Shown one piece after another: positions 29,451 to 38,633 of a stretch of 64,000 bases of DNA. The first letter of the stretch is position 1, and every line of letters begins with the position of its first letter. The position numbers were made by a program, and so were the translations under genes. This DNA comes from a virus. Location of the stretch: the UHGV virus genome UHGV-0300374. One strand, written 5' to 3'. The notes beneath the pieces were generated by a model. It ran no database searches and was not told the DNA's origin. It worked only from the letters and a program-made list of their open reading frames with translations.

Positions 29451-29877
29451 CAACTCAACTAAAGATGAGATGTACACAGAAATTTGTGATAAGTTGAACT
29501 GTTCAAGACATGCTGCTAAGGTTCTTGTACATTGTTTTATCTGGGAATGCTCAGAAGCTTATATGAAACACGTAGCTTTTGAGAGTTCTCATTTACTCGG
29601 TGATGCAAAAATAGGTGTAGCACTAAAAGAGCCTGAGATGAAAACAGTACCTAAAGTTGGTAATGTGTATAAACTAAAAAATTTTATTACAGGCGAGATT
29701 GTTGCAGAAGGTGAAGTGCAACAGGTTTATCATGATGGTAAATATCTGTTTAAGATATTCGAGTATGATAGTCGTTACAGACACTTATGTGGTATTACAT
29801 TTTTAGTTTCAGAGGATGACCTCATAAAGAACAATAGTAATAAATTCGCAGTACCAGAATATCAAGTTTTACGATAA
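29413..29877 (+). CDS. hypothetical protein
   Basis: ORF track, 154 aa. Confidence 0.4.
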   Translation: MKVKEIVQRAMLDNSTKDEMYTEICDKLNCSRHAAKVLVHCFIWECSEAYMKHVAFESSHLLGDAKIGVALKEPEMKTVPKVGNVYKLKNFITGEIVAEGEVQQVYHDGKYLFKIFEYDSRYRHLCGITFLVSEDDLIKNNSNKFAVPEYQVLR

Positions 29878-29881
29878 TGGT

Positions 29882-30439
29882 GTGATAGATATGGAAAAAG
29901 ATAACTTAAAAGATGTTGAAGGTAACTATCTAGTCCTTGACTGGAAGGATGTTCGGGAAGCACTCTCCGAAGAAAATCTTGACTGGTTCGAACAAATTAT
30001 CTTTGCAGTACGGCATAACCGAGAAGTTGAAAATGGTAAAGAGCCATTAGAAGGAATCTTTGTAGAGAGGTCTTATCCGTTCTATGAAGACACTTTGCAG
30101 AAAGTTAAGATGTACTTTAAACAGAAGAACCGTAAAGTGGTCACTATGGTATCTCTTGGTGGACAGAGTATGTCTGTGATGGAAGATATCAACCCTAAGA
30201 GACCGAGTAAAGGCGTTTGTATAAAAATCACAGGACATGAAGAGTATATCTCAGTTGATGACTTTAGTGCATTCTGTAATGGCTCTTGTGTCTTTAATGG
30301 TTTTCACTATGATATCCGAGTGTACCCAATCAAGGGAGATGATATCATGATGCAGGTATTTGATAACAACAATGGCTTTACTCATTTTTATCAGACAACC
30401 AAGTCATCACTAAAAACAGTTCTGGAAACACTGATTTAA
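29882..30439 (+). CDS. hypothetical protein (last gene of plus-strand block)
   Basis: ORF track, 185 aa, followed by terminator. Confidence 0.45.
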   Translation: MIDMEKDNLKDVEGNYLVLDWKDVREALSEENLDWFEQIIFAVRHNREVENGKEPLEGIFVERSYPFYEDTLQKVKMYFKQKNRKVVTMVSLGGQSMSVMEDINPKRPSKGVCIKITGHEEYISVDDFSAFCNGSCVFNGFHYDIRVYPIKGDDIMMQVFDNNNGFTHFYQTTKSSLKTVLETLI

Positions 30440-30450
30440 AATATCTTAAG

Positions 30451-30476
30451 AGCCTCCTTAATTGGGGGCTTTTTAT
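30451..30476 (+). terminator. intrinsic terminator closing plus-strand block
   Basis: agcctcc-ttaatt-gggggct hairpin followed by ttttt. Confidence 0.5.
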
Positions 30477-30479
30477 TGA

Positions 30480-32060
30480 GTAAAATTTACGAAATTTATA
30501 TTTTTATAAAATTTTATCGGTTGTCCCAACCTCTGGGTCACCATCATATGTGAACAAAATATCTACCCTTCTTAACAACCTTCTTAATCTTACTCTCTAT
30601 ATAGTTATATAGTACTATATAGTATCTTAGTAACTATCTAGTGGTCTTAATAGCCCTCTGTATAGCCCTTCTAAATAGCCATCTAAACACTCTTCTAACA
30701 AGCCTTCTAAACAACCTATACAATCATCTTAACCATCTCTCTACACACTCTTAGAAGCTCCTATACACCTCTTAATCTCTATGTAAGCTATGATACTCTC
30801 TATAGGTGTTCACTAGGTATTACTAAGCCTCTATATAGACTGTTTTAGCCAACTTAACAGGAATATCTTTACAGACCTTATCTCACAAGGTCTAACACGG
30901 TACTAACAAGGTATCTTATAAGCCTGTTTCTACCTGTATTTTAGAAAGACTGTATAGGTAATTATTCAGAATTTTAAAATTTTTATAAAATAGGACTATC
31001 AAGTCATTTTTTAGGGTCTTTGAAGGAACTGAAAAATATCTGATTAGGATGTATATCTGCTTGGTAGCCCTTAACAGCTCCCTTACAAGTACTTTGCAAA
31101 ATTTTAAAATATCCTTAACAATCTCTTAACAGTTCTCACATCTTCTTAACAACTCTTCAAAGGTCTTAACAGATTCTTAACAAGTCTAACAAGGTTGTAA
31201 CAGTTTTCTAACAAGACTTAATAGGGCTTTACAGAATCTTAACAGATGACTAACAAGAGCTAACAAGTTAATTTTAAAGAGTTATTTTGTTAAGATAATT
31301 AACAAGTTTCTAACAAGTGTTTAATCTTTTTAACAAGCTATTAACATGGTCACTATCTCTTTCTTATCGTTCCCTTTCCCTTCTTAGTGATTCCTTAAAC
31401 ATACCTCTTAAAAGCTCTCTATAGCTCTCTATAGCTCTTTATAAGCCCCTTTAAGCCTCTTCCTAGTATTTACCCCCCAACTGTACAGATAGCTCTTTAT
31501 AGGTCTTTACAGGAGCTTTTAAGGCTATGTCAAAGACTCTTACAAGGCTTTTACGTGGTCTTAACAGAGATTTAACAAGGGGCTAACAAGTTGCTAACAA
31601 GTGCCTTAAAAGCATAACTATGTAGGGTTTGTTAAGAAATTGTTAAGAAAATGTTAAGGGGGCTAGCATTTACGTAACTTTATAGCCTCTTTTACGTAAC
31701 TTTGAAGTAACTTTATAGCCCCTATAACATGTTTTTTAGTGACTAGCAAGGGGGTTGTTTAACCATTCACAAGATACTAACCAGCCTATAAGCTTACACC
31801 CTTATAAGATTCTTTTAAGCCTCTATAAAGCCCTGTAAAGAGCTTTTTAAGATAGGTTAATGCAATCCCTTAAGTTAGGTTGATAAGGCTGTTATAGAGC
31901 TTTATAGAGCGTTTAAATGGGCCATCCCCTTTCTGGGGTTATTGGCTTTTATTTAAGTTGATTTGATAAAAGGTTATAGAGTAGACTATAGAGTTATTGC
32001 TTTTAAGGTCTGATAAGATTCTGGAAAGGAAAGGGAAAGGGATTGTATAAGGATTCGATA
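30480..32060. repeat. 1.6-kb ORF-free block of phased degenerate short repeats (CTTAACAAG / CTAACAAG / CTCTATAG families, both orientations)
   Basis: No ORF of 60 aa or more on either strand; between 31083 and 31330 about 20 copies of nnCTTAACAr every 10-12 bp; inverted copies tgttaagaaa x3 near 31620; tacgtaactttatagcc x2 near 31670. Confidence 0.7.
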
Positions 32061-32063
32061 GAC

Positions 32064-32090
32064 GTAAAAAAGCCCCTATTTAAAGGGGCT
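32064..32090 (-). terminator. intrinsic terminator closing the minus-strand small-gene array
   Basis: agcccct-atttaa-aggggct hairpin with U6 on minus strand; a second hairpin ggggctatttagcccc sits at 32103-32118. Confidence 0.55.
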
Positions 32091-32128
32091 GTTCAGGTAT
32101 CTGGGGCTATTTAGCCCCGCTGCGTCGA

Positions 32129-32377
32129 TTAGTTATAATCTTGTTTGTTGTAGTACAGGGAGACGATTTTTTCTCCCCAATAGTGATAAGTATAACCATC
32201 CTTGAGAACTTCTTGTTTTGTTTCCTCCCAGAACTCATCCGAAGGATTATAATCTTTGATGGTCTGACTGATAAGACCTTTCACCATTTCAAAGGCGTTA
32301 TCAGTGCCTGCAATGTCAAATTTAACATCCAGAGAGGAAAAACCGAACTCGTTAACAGTAGCGCGGATAGTTGCCAT
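32129..32377 (-). CDS. hypothetical small protein (leader-cassette gene)
   Basis: ORF track, 82 aa; ATG directly preceded by conserved leader. Confidence 0.5.
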   Translation of the reverse strand: MATIRATVNEFGFSSLDVKFDIAGTDNAFEMVKGLISQTIKDYNPSDEFWEETKQEVLKDGYTYHYWGEKIVSLYYNKQDYN

Positions 32378-32469
32378 TTTTGAATCTCCTAGTTTAAGGG
32401 TTTTATTTAATGGGGAGGTTATCGCCTCCCGTTGATTAGTAATTTACTGCATATTGGCGTATGTTGCAA
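32378..32469 (-). promoter_or_regulatory. leader cassette, family B (promoter / stem-loop / RBS)
   Basis: Minus strand: TTGCAA-N17-TAAATT, then hairpin GGGAGGCG..CCTCCCC variant, then CTAGGAGATTCAAAATG. Confidence 0.45.
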
Positions 32470-32707
32470 GCCTTTTTTCGTTGTATTTTGTAAGAATCTC
32501 ACAAGATAAAACATCATATTTTGTAACAGCTTTGCCTTTGTCGAGGTCAAAGAATCCAAATGATTTACCATCTTTGAATCCGACAACTTCGTAAGATTCT
32601 TTAATGATTTCACCATTGAACAAATCGCTTTCGATACGGTGGAATAATGCTACATCCTCTTTGTCGGTTGCAATTTGTAAAAGAGTGGTCAGTTCGACGT
32701 GTTCCAT
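32444..32707 (-). CDS. hypothetical small protein (leader-cassette gene)
   Basis: ORF track, 87 aa. Confidence 0.5.
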   Translation of the reverse strand: MEHVELTTLLQIATDKEDVALFHRIESDLFNGEIIKESYEVVGFKDGKSFGFFDLDKGKAVTKYDVLSCEILTKYNEKRLATYANMQ

Positions 32708-32794
32708 TTTGAATCTCCAGTTTAGGATTTTATTTAGTGGGGGAGGTCATCCCCCGTTGATTGACAATTTACAGACTTTTGATTGTCTCGTCAA
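32708..32794 (-). promoter_or_regulatory. leader cassette, family B
   Basis: Minus strand: TTGACG-N17-TAAATT, hairpin GGGGGATGACCTCCCCC, ...CTGGAGATTCAAAATG. Confidence 0.45.
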
Positions 32795-33299
32795 TATCTT
32801 TTTCAATTTCTCTTAAAGTTTTTTCTAAGTTCTTGATATTCAGCATTAACCCCTCTCCCAGTGTCTTAGCGTAACCATTTGGGCGATGGTCATAAAGCTC
32901 GATTTCTTCCACTTCGTAAAGGCTGACATTGAAGCCCCCTACCCCGTAGGCTGTGGATGAAGTGCCTTCCGGTGCTTTGTAGTACTTATTGAGATTCTTT
33001 AAAGAGCGCTCGTAAGCCATACGATAACCGTTTAACACTGTTTTAGTGCAATCTCGTACACCTTCACACTGTACCGCATACTTTTCTAAGAACAGCGGGA
33101 GGAGTTCCGCTACCGCTTGCATGAAGTTCGATACTACAACGGTAGAAACATTACGACGATGAACGTAATAAGCCCCGTTTTCTGATTTAGTGATAGTTGC
33201 GAAATGTTCACCATTGCAACGGAATTCATAGGTATCTTTTACAGGCTTTGACATGACATGAATTGAACGGATGTAGTTGATAGCTTTGAACTTGTTCAT
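32769..33299 (-). CDS. hypothetical protein (leader-cassette gene)
   Basis: ORF track, 176 aa. Confidence 0.5.
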   Translation of the reverse strand: MNKFKAINYIRSIHVMSKPVKDTYEFRCNGEHFATITKSENGAYYVHRRNVSTVVVSNFMQAVAELLPLFLEKYAVQCEGVRDCTKTVLNGYRMAYERSLKNLNKYYKAPEGTSSTAYGVGGFNVSLYEVEEIELYDHRPNGYAKTLGEGLMLNIKNLEKTLREIEKDIDETIKSL

Positions 33300-33393
33300 T
33301 TTAGAATCTCCTAGTTTAAGGGCTTTGTTTAGTGGGGAAGTTCATTCCCTCCCCGTTGATTAGTAATTTACTTGTTTTGATATCTGATTGCAA
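33300..33393 (-). promoter_or_regulatory. leader cassette, family B
   Basis: Minus strand: TTGCAA-N17-TAAATT, hairpin GGGGAGGGAATGAACTTCCCC, ...CTAGGAGATTCTAAAATG. Confidence 0.45.
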
Positions 33394-33523
33394 GCAATTT
33401 TTTAAGCTTATCTATAAAGAAATCTTTTAAGTGAATCCCTTTTAGATAAACCCCCTCGAACAAAGTTACCAATGTCAATGGGTATTGTCAACACTTTTTT
33501 AAAAGTTTTTTATAAGTTATTGA

Positions 33524-33865
33524 TTAACTGATGAATATTTTTTCAGGCTTTACATAGCTGATACGCTGACTTTTTAGCAGGTCATCCCAGATTAACGCGG
33601 CGATATGGGCATAACCGGATTCACGTAAAAGTTTCATTGTTTTACTTCTCGTTTCAAAACGGCTTGCATAGTACTCACTATTCAGTGTCGTTTTATTCCC
33701 TTCGTTGTCTACATGGATAATCTGCATCACTTGAAAGGGGCTTGTGTCCTCGCCTTTATTCCACTGTTCAAAGTATTTTAGGCACTGCATAGGTGACATC
33801 TTATCACTGACCTGAGTTGACCAAGATGCGCCAGCTTTATCGGTAATTACGGTTACATAAGCCAT
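33524..33865 (-). CDS. hypothetical protein (leader-cassette gene)
   Basis: ORF track, 113 aa. Confidence 0.5.
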   Translation of the reverse strand: MAYVTVITDKAGASWSTQVSDKMSPMQCLKYFEQWNKGEDTSPFQVMQIIHVDNEGNKTTLNSEYYASRFETRSKTMKLLRESGYAHIAALIWDDLLKSQRISYVKPEKIFIS

Positions 33866-33958
33866 TTTTAGATTCTCCAGTTTAGGACTTTATTTAGTGG
33901 GGAAGGTCATTCCCTCCCCGTTGATTGACAATTTACAGATTTTTATCAGGCTTGTCTA
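33866..33958 (-). promoter_or_regulatory. leader cassette, family B
   Basis: Minus strand: TAGACA-N17-TAAATT, hairpin GGGGAGGGAATGACCTTCCCC, ...CTGGAGAATCTAAAATG. Confidence 0.45.
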
Positions 33959-34189
33959 GTCTTTTTCAATGATAATTTCATACTGACCATCAACACTATC
34001 GAAATAGATTCCGTCGTCATCTTCTGTCTTAAAGTAACACTGAATATCATCACTTGCGGGGTAGTCTTGCCTTGCTATCTGGCAAACTTGAATAGCATTT
34101 TCTTTACTTCCTGTAAACTCTTCAAGCCCTTTAAAATCGCATGAATGACCGTTACAAATAGAAAGGATGAGGTAAACGGTTGTAAGCAT
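33956..34189 (-). CDS. hypothetical small Cys-rich protein with hydrophobic N-terminus
   Basis: ORF track, 77 aa; N-terminus MLTTVYLILSICNGHSC; own leader with GGGAGG RBS, no cassette. Confidence 0.45.
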   Translation of the reverse strand: MLTTVYLILSICNGHSCDFKGLEEFTGSKENAIQVCQIARQDYPASDDIQCYFKTEDDDGIYFDSVDGQYEIIIEKD

Positions 34190-34211
34190 GATTTAAGCCT
34201 CCCAAAAGCCC

Positions 34212-34232
34212 CTGTAAGGGGCTAAATAGTGT
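34212..34232 (-). terminator. terminator-like hairpin between cassette genes
   Basis: agcccct-gtaa-ggggct hairpin followed on minus strand by UUUUGGG. Confidence 0.35.
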
Positions 34233-34255
34233 TTATAAGGTGATTGCATAGGTTT

Positions 34256-34798
34256 TTAGAAAAAGCTCTTTAAATCCTCTTCTGTGATGTTTCCTGTTAG
34301 TGTATCCATGATGTCACAAAAAACCTGAATACTGTCCGACTGTTGAACACTTTTAGCAAGAAGCTCCAGAGACTCATCAAGATAATTTAAATTTGGGTTA
34401 TCCAATGAAGGAAGACAAAAAGGTGAAAACATGGCATTAAATTCAGTGATGTAAACCTTTTTAATCCAGCTTATATCAAAATACTCTGTAAAACTTGCCA
34501 CGCTCGACATATTATCACAAGAATAATCATCATTCAACTCATCCTCTGGAATATCAAGTTCCAAGATAACAATATTTTGAGTTTTCATCTGAAAAGCTGC
34601 CGTTATAGTGGCATTGCCAAGAGCTTGCTGGATACCTTCAGAGATTATTTCTTCCTCATCGTCGCCATAGATTTTATTTTCTGGATACACGTAAAAATTG
34701 CCGTCCATATCCGAACAATTCCATGCGCCTGATGGTTTATCACCGTTATTAATCAGGTTGAGGAAATTTTCTTGAGTAGTACCGTGAAAACATTTCAT
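34256..34798 (-). CDS. hypothetical acidic protein (leader-cassette gene)
   Basis: ORF track, 180 aa. Confidence 0.5.
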   Translation of the reverse strand: MKCFHGTTQENFLNLINNGDKPSGAWNCSDMDGNFYVYPENKIYGDDEEEIISEGIQQALGNATITAAFQMKTQNIVILELDIPEDELNDDYSCDNMSSVASFTEYFDISWIKKVYITEFNAMFSPFCLPSLDNPNLNYLDESLELLAKSVQQSDSIQVFCDIMDTLTGNITEEDLKSFF

Positions 34799-34885
34799 TT
34801 TTGAATCTCCAGTTTAGGATTTAGTGGTAAAGCTCTTTATCTGGGGCTTAAGATATCAACTTTTAAGCCCCTTGTAAAGTACTTT
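34799..34885 (-). promoter_or_regulatory. leader cassette, family A
   Basis: Minus strand: TTTACA-N17-TATCTT spanning perfect 9-bp hairpin GGGGCTTAA..TTAAGCCCC, then CTAAACTGGAGATTCAAAATG. Confidence 0.45.
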
Positions 34886-35087
34886 ATTTGTTATTTTTGA
34901 CAACTTTTAAAACTGCAAGATAACCTAAGCAATAAGAATCCCCGAAGAGAGTTCTACCCATGAAAGAGTCCTCTTTGATATCCTTTGCAGTGACAGTTTT
35001 TTCTACGCCGTGGGAAAGGACTACATCACCGACTTTAATATCTTTGATGTGTGCAGTCTCGATAGATACGCCGTTAATAATAGCCAT
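34884..35087 (-). CDS. hypothetical small protein (leader-cassette gene)
   Basis: ORF track, 67 aa. Confidence 0.45.
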   Translation of the reverse strand: MAIINGVSIETAHIKDIKVGDVVLSHGVEKTVTAKDIKEDSFMGRTLFGDSYCLGYLAVLKVVKNNK

Positions 35088-35172
35088 TTTAGAATCTCCA
35101 GTTTAGGATTTAGTGGTAAAGCTCTTTATCTGGGGCTTAAGATATCAACTTTTAAGCCCCTTGTAAAGTACT
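35088..35172 (-). promoter_or_regulatory. leader cassette, family A
   Basis: Near-identical to 34799-34885 copy. Confidence 0.45.
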
Positions 35173-35421
35173 TTATTGCGTCTTCTTCGTAAATATTAGT
35201 TTTACAGCGATTGTTGGAAGCTCTTCGATATTTGTAAATAGTGTTACTTTTTGAGTAGTAACCTTGTAACCGTTTTTTGCAGCGTAACCCGTAAAGCGGT
35301 TAACCGTGTAGCTATATGTTTTTGGTGTATTGTCTGGCATATGGTACAGGAAAGGTTTGCCTAAATTTTCTGGTTGCGTCAACAGTCGGCAAGTATCAGG
35401 GATATTTAAAAAATTCATCAT
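35173..35421 (-). CDS. hypothetical small protein (leader-cassette gene)
   Basis: ORF track, 82 aa. Confidence 0.5.
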   Translation of the reverse strand: MMNFLNIPDTCRLLTQPENLGKPFLYHMPDNTPKTYSYTVNRFTGYAAKNGYKVTTQKVTLFTNIEELPTIAVKLIFTKKTQ

Positions 35422-35513
35422 TTTAGAATCTCCAGTTTAGGACTTTATTTAGTGGGGAAGGTCATTCCCTCCCCGTTGATGTGTAATTTAATCTATCTAA
35501 AAATCAGTGTCAA
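35422..35513 (-). promoter_or_regulatory. leader cassette, family B, with consensus -35
   Basis: Minus strand: TTGACA-N17-TAAATT, hairpin GGGGAGGGAATGACCTTCCCC, ...CTGGAGATTCTAAAATG. Confidence 0.5.
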
Positions 35514-35522
35514 CAAAATTTT

Positions 35523-35927
35523 TTAAAGTTCTGCATAAATTGCATCACAGATATTACGGAAGTCATGATTAGTCAAATTACGCTGCAACCAAGTGGCGAA
35601 AAAGTCAGCGATTGCAAAGTTAGCATCATACTCGACAGATAGCCACACTTTAACAGCAAATCGGAACATTTTCAAATCTAACTCTTTATTCATTACCTTA
35701 GATTTGCCTAACATGTCGGACATTTCATATTGCGCACCGTCTAGCGTGATACCTGCTGCAACGTCAGCCAATGAATTTTTTACGTTTTCAACGTCTAAAA
35801 TAACGCTTTGAATCTTCCCGATAATGTTGTGCAATGTCTCATCAGGTGCTGATGACGTAATAACATTAATCCGGTTGACGGTCAAACGTGCTTTTAAAAT
35901 TGATAATTCACGGTTATTAATAGCCAT
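35523..35927 (-). CDS. hypothetical protein (leader-cassette gene)
   Basis: ORF track, 134 aa. Confidence 0.5.
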   Translation of the reverse strand: MAINNRELSILKARLTVNRINVITSSAPDETLHNIIGKIQSVILDVENVKNSLADVAAGITLDGAQYEMSDMLGKSKVMNKELDLKMFRFAVKVWLSVEYDANFAIADFFATWLQRNLTNHDFRNICDAIYAEL

Positions 35928-36012
35928 TTTAGAATCTCCAATTTAGGATTTAGTGGTAAAGTTCTTTATCTGGGGCTTACTTTATCGAACTATAAGCCCC
36001 TTGTAAAGTACT
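35928..36012 (-). promoter_or_regulatory. leader cassette, family A variant
   Basis: Hairpin GGGGCTTATAGTTCGATAAAGTAAGCCCC; TTTACA-N17-TAAAGT; RBS TTGGAGATTCTAAAATG. Confidence 0.45.
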
Positions 36013-36285
36013 TTATACTAAATGCAGCTTTTTACCTTTTACTATAATGTAACTCGATGCGCTATTGCTTTGCACATCCTGATAAATTCTGCGCAAACGT
36101 CCTTCGTAGTATACTTTCCAACTGGTTGGAATCTTTTTCCCGTATCCTGTAGCAGTTTTTTGGAGTCCTGCAACTTGCCAATCCAAAATGTGCTGTTCAG
36201 CTTGTAAATCCTCGAAGTGCATTACACCGTTCACATAGTGGCGTAGGGTTACGTTTAAGGTGCGACCGTTGTTAGTAGTGTACAT
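36013..36285 (-). CDS. hypothetical small protein (leader-cassette gene)
   Basis: Start moved to internal ATG 36285, which is followed by the conserved leader start (cat-tttaaaagctcctagtttaaggg); ORF-track start 36327. Confidence 0.4.
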   Translation of the reverse strand: MYTTNNGRTLNVTLRHYVNGVMHFEDLQAEQHILDWQVAGLQKTATGYGKKIPTSWKVYYEGRLRRIYQDVQSNSASSYIIVKGKKLHLV

Positions 36286-36310
36286 TTTAAAAGCTCCTAG
36301 TTTAAGGGTT

Positions 36311-36469
36311 TTATTTTGACAGTTCACTAATTAAGACATCAAAGATTATATCATTATCTGCTACAGTTGCAACACCAGTGATATAATCAATTTCTAGGAT
36401 AACAACAACTTTCGTACATAAACCGTCATCTATATCATTCCAGACAACTTTATCACCTGCACAAAACAT
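36311..36469 (-). CDS. hypothetical 52-aa protein (leader-cassette gene, below ORF-track cutoff)
   Basis: Hand-translated MFCAGDKVVWNDIDDGLCTKVVV...; ATG sits exactly at the end of a family-B leader. Confidence 0.35.
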   Translation of the reverse strand: MFCAGDKVVWNDIDDGLCTKVVVILEIDYITGVATVADNDIIFDVLISELSK

Positions 36470-36562
36470 TTTCAGAATCTCCAGTTTAGGACTTTATTTA
36501 GTGGGGAAGGTCATTCCCTCCCCGTTGATGTGTAATTTAACCTATCTAAAAACCAGTGTCAA
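36470..36562 (-). promoter_or_regulatory. leader cassette, family B, with consensus -35
   Basis: Near-identical to 35422-35513 copy; TTGACA-N17-TAAATT. Confidence 0.5.
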
Positions 36563-36891
36563 CAGTTTTGTTTTCGTTTGCTCAATTCTTGAACAATTAC
36601 AGCATGATAGTCTTTTAAATCACTGATATTTAAAGCATTTATCAGAGAGTTATAATCATCGACTAACTGAAAATTATCTTTGAAGATGTCACTTATCTGA
36701 TAGGTTTTCGCTTTATATCTGAAGCTCATCTCTAGCCGCTTTATTTGCTCATCACTGAGGCGCCCTAGAAAGCTTTCTACAAGGTTATTACTAACCTGCT
36801 GTGTGATTGACTTATTTGCTAGATTATAGGCTTTATATGCCTTATATAGCGCGAAAATGGCAATGATTGCAGTGATACCAGTCATTAACAT
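36559..36891 (-). CDS. hypothetical membrane-anchored protein
   Basis: ORF track, 110 aa; N-terminal helix MLMTGITAIIAIFALYKAY; RBS AGAGGAAA; overlaps upstream stop. Confidence 0.45.
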   Translation of the reverse strand: MLMTGITAIIAIFALYKAYKAYNLANKSITQQVSNNLVESFLGRLSDEQIKRLEMSFRYKAKTYQISDIFKDNFQLVDDYNSLINALNISDLKDYHAVIVQELSKRKQNC

Positions 36892-37181
36892 GGTGTTTCC
36901 TCTTTACGTGATACTTTGCCATTTACAGTTATCTCATAGGATTCTAATAAATCGCTTTTAGACTTTACAGGACTTTTAAAAGTATCATCATAAATATTAA
37001 CTTGCAATACAGGCTTTTTATATTCCCTACAACTATTCCATAAGCAAATCACTACACGACGGCCTTTTATTTTGCCGTGTAACCATTCCATAACATCATG
37101 ACTATTCCTTGATGTTTCAATGAAATCAATTTTGTTGAGTAATTTGCTTATACTTTCACGGACTCTATTTGATAATTTCAT
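36885..37181 (-). CDS. hypothetical small protein (leader-cassette gene)
   Basis: ORF track, 98 aa. Confidence 0.5.
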   Translation of the reverse strand: MKLSNRVRESISKLLNKIDFIETSRNSHDVMEWLHGKIKGRRVVICLWNSCREYKKPVLQVNIYDDTFKSPVKSKSDLLESYEITVNGKVSRKEETPC

Positions 37182-37271
37182 TTTGAATCTCCTAGTTTAA
37201 GGGTTATTTTGATAAATCTCTTTATCTGGGGCTATCATATCAGCTTGTTAGCCCCGTGTAAAGAGGTCTAT
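37182..37271 (-). promoter_or_regulatory. leader cassette, family A divergent variant
   Basis: Hairpin GGGGCTAACAAGCTGATATGATAGCCCC; RBS CTAGGAGATTCAAAATG. Confidence 0.4.
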
Positions 37272-37784
37272 TTAGTTCTTAAAGATATTCATCACTGAAT
37301 CTTTTAATGCTTCCAAGCGTTCTAATACTTCAGTTTCTGCGTCTGAATTGTTCACCTCTTCTTTTAGTCTATCCTCTAAATCATCGCCGTCACTATAGCA
37401 CCAATCAAAGGCATATCCTAGATAAAAACTCTCTAAAACCGTGTTGCCATTTGCATCGATAACTTTCGCGGCAAGGTTGTATTCTGAAGCCTCTAAATCT
37501 CTTTCTAGTTCTTTCTGTAAGCTGGTGTAAGCCTCTTTTGATGGGTTTTCCCGGCCTTGTTTTGCATAGTCACTTGAAAGCTGTTTAAGGCTGTAATGCA
37601 AAGGGATTGCATATTTAAAATCATTATGCTGACAGTTAGGATTTTTAACAGTCACACCGCCTTGATGGTCGTTTGTAAACTCCCAATTATCGAGATTATG
37701 GCTTGCTTCGTAGCAATTTACCGCTTCGTAGATGATGGAAAATTTTTCTTTTACAACTTCAAAGGTAGCGTCTACAGTTTTCAT
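37272..37784 (-). CDS. hypothetical acidic protein (leader-cassette gene)
   Basis: ORF track, 170 aa. Confidence 0.5.
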   Translation of the reverse strand: MKTVDATFEVVKEKFSIIYEAVNCYEASHNLDNWEFTNDHQGGVTVKNPNCQHNDFKYAIPLHYSLKQLSSDYAKQGRENPSKEAYTSLQKELERDLEASEYNLAAKVIDANGNTVLESFYLGYAFDWCYSDGDDLEDRLKEEVNNSDAETEVLERLEALKDSVMNIFKN

Positions 37785-37869
37785 TTTAGAATCTCCAGTT
37801 TAGGATTTAGTGGTAAAGCTCTTTATCTGGGGCTTAAGATATCAACTTTTAAGCCCCCTGTAAAGTACT
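37785..37869 (-). promoter_or_regulatory. leader cassette, family A
   Basis: Near-identical to 34799-34885 copy. Confidence 0.45.
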
Positions 37870-38163
37870 TTATTTGTTAATTTTCAGCTTTGCATAACTT
37901 CTCATTGTACGAATGGGGGATGTTAATGCTACGCGTCTAATGTATGCCTTTTTCGTGTATACATTTGTCTTCCCGATAGTGTTTACACATGTAAAAAGGT
38001 TTATCGGTGAATTTTTTAACTTCAACTGTTTATCAACCTTCACGCCCCACCTTACAGCAGATTGTTTTCCGTTGTCAACCACTTTCCCGCATAACTTTTT
38101 AGCCATGATACGAGCGTCATCACGAGTCTTTGCGGTAATTACAACGTTTTTGATAATAGCCAT
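37870..38163 (-). CDS. hypothetical basic small protein (leader-cassette gene)
   Basis: Start moved to ATG 38163 (MAIIKNVV...), which abuts the conserved leader; ORF-track start 38178 lies inside the leader. Confidence 0.45.
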   Translation of the reverse strand: MAIIKNVVITAKTRDDARIMAKKLCGKVVDNGKQSAVRWGVKVDKQLKLKNSPINLFTCVNTIGKTNVYTKKAYIRRVALTSPIRTMRSYAKLKINK

Positions 38164-38249
38164 TTTTAAGTTCTCCAATTTAGGATTTAGTGTTAAAGCT
38201 CTTTATCTGGGGCTTACTTTATCGAACTATAAGCCCCTTGTAAAGTACT
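38164..38249 (-). promoter_or_regulatory. leader cassette, family A variant
   Basis: Hairpin GGGGCTTATAGTTCGATAAAGTAAGCCCC as in the 35928 copy. Confidence 0.45.
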
Positions 38250-38633
38250 TTATTTGTTAATTTTGAAGATAGTTACATAACCATCGCTGCCGATGATTTG
38301 TGATGCTCCAGCTTTTTCTACTTGATAGCCCATATTTTCAAGATGGTAAACAGCATCATCATAACCATATGCGCCGCCCTGATAACGTCTCTTATCACAT
38401 CTTACTAATACCTTTCCACGTCCTGCCAGTGCATTTAGTACGGCTTTTTCACTTGAAAGTGTACCATCTAACATGGTTGCCGTGTAATGGTTGATTCTAT
38501 TCCCGTTTACATCATACTTAAAATTGAATGCGTGAACAACGATAATGTTACCTTTAAAATTTTCATCAAGTGACTTCTCCAGTGCGTTGCGAAAGTTGTC
38601 TTTGTTGATGAATTTAGGTGCACGATATGCCAT
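38250..38633 (-). CDS. hypothetical protein (first gene of leader-cassette array)
   Basis: ORF track, 127 aa. Confidence 0.5.
   Translation of the reverse strand: MAYRAPKFINKDNFRNALEKSLDENFKGNIIVVHAFNFKYDVNGNRINHYTATMLDGTLSSEKAVLNALAGRGKVLVRCDKRRYQGGAYGYDDAVYHLENMGYQVEKAGASQIIGSDGYVTIFKINK

Noticed and set aside
30480-32060. CRISPR array as an explanation for the repeat block
   Set aside because: Repeat units are only 8-10 bp, degenerate, in both orientations and without uniform 25-40-bp spacers; no cas genes
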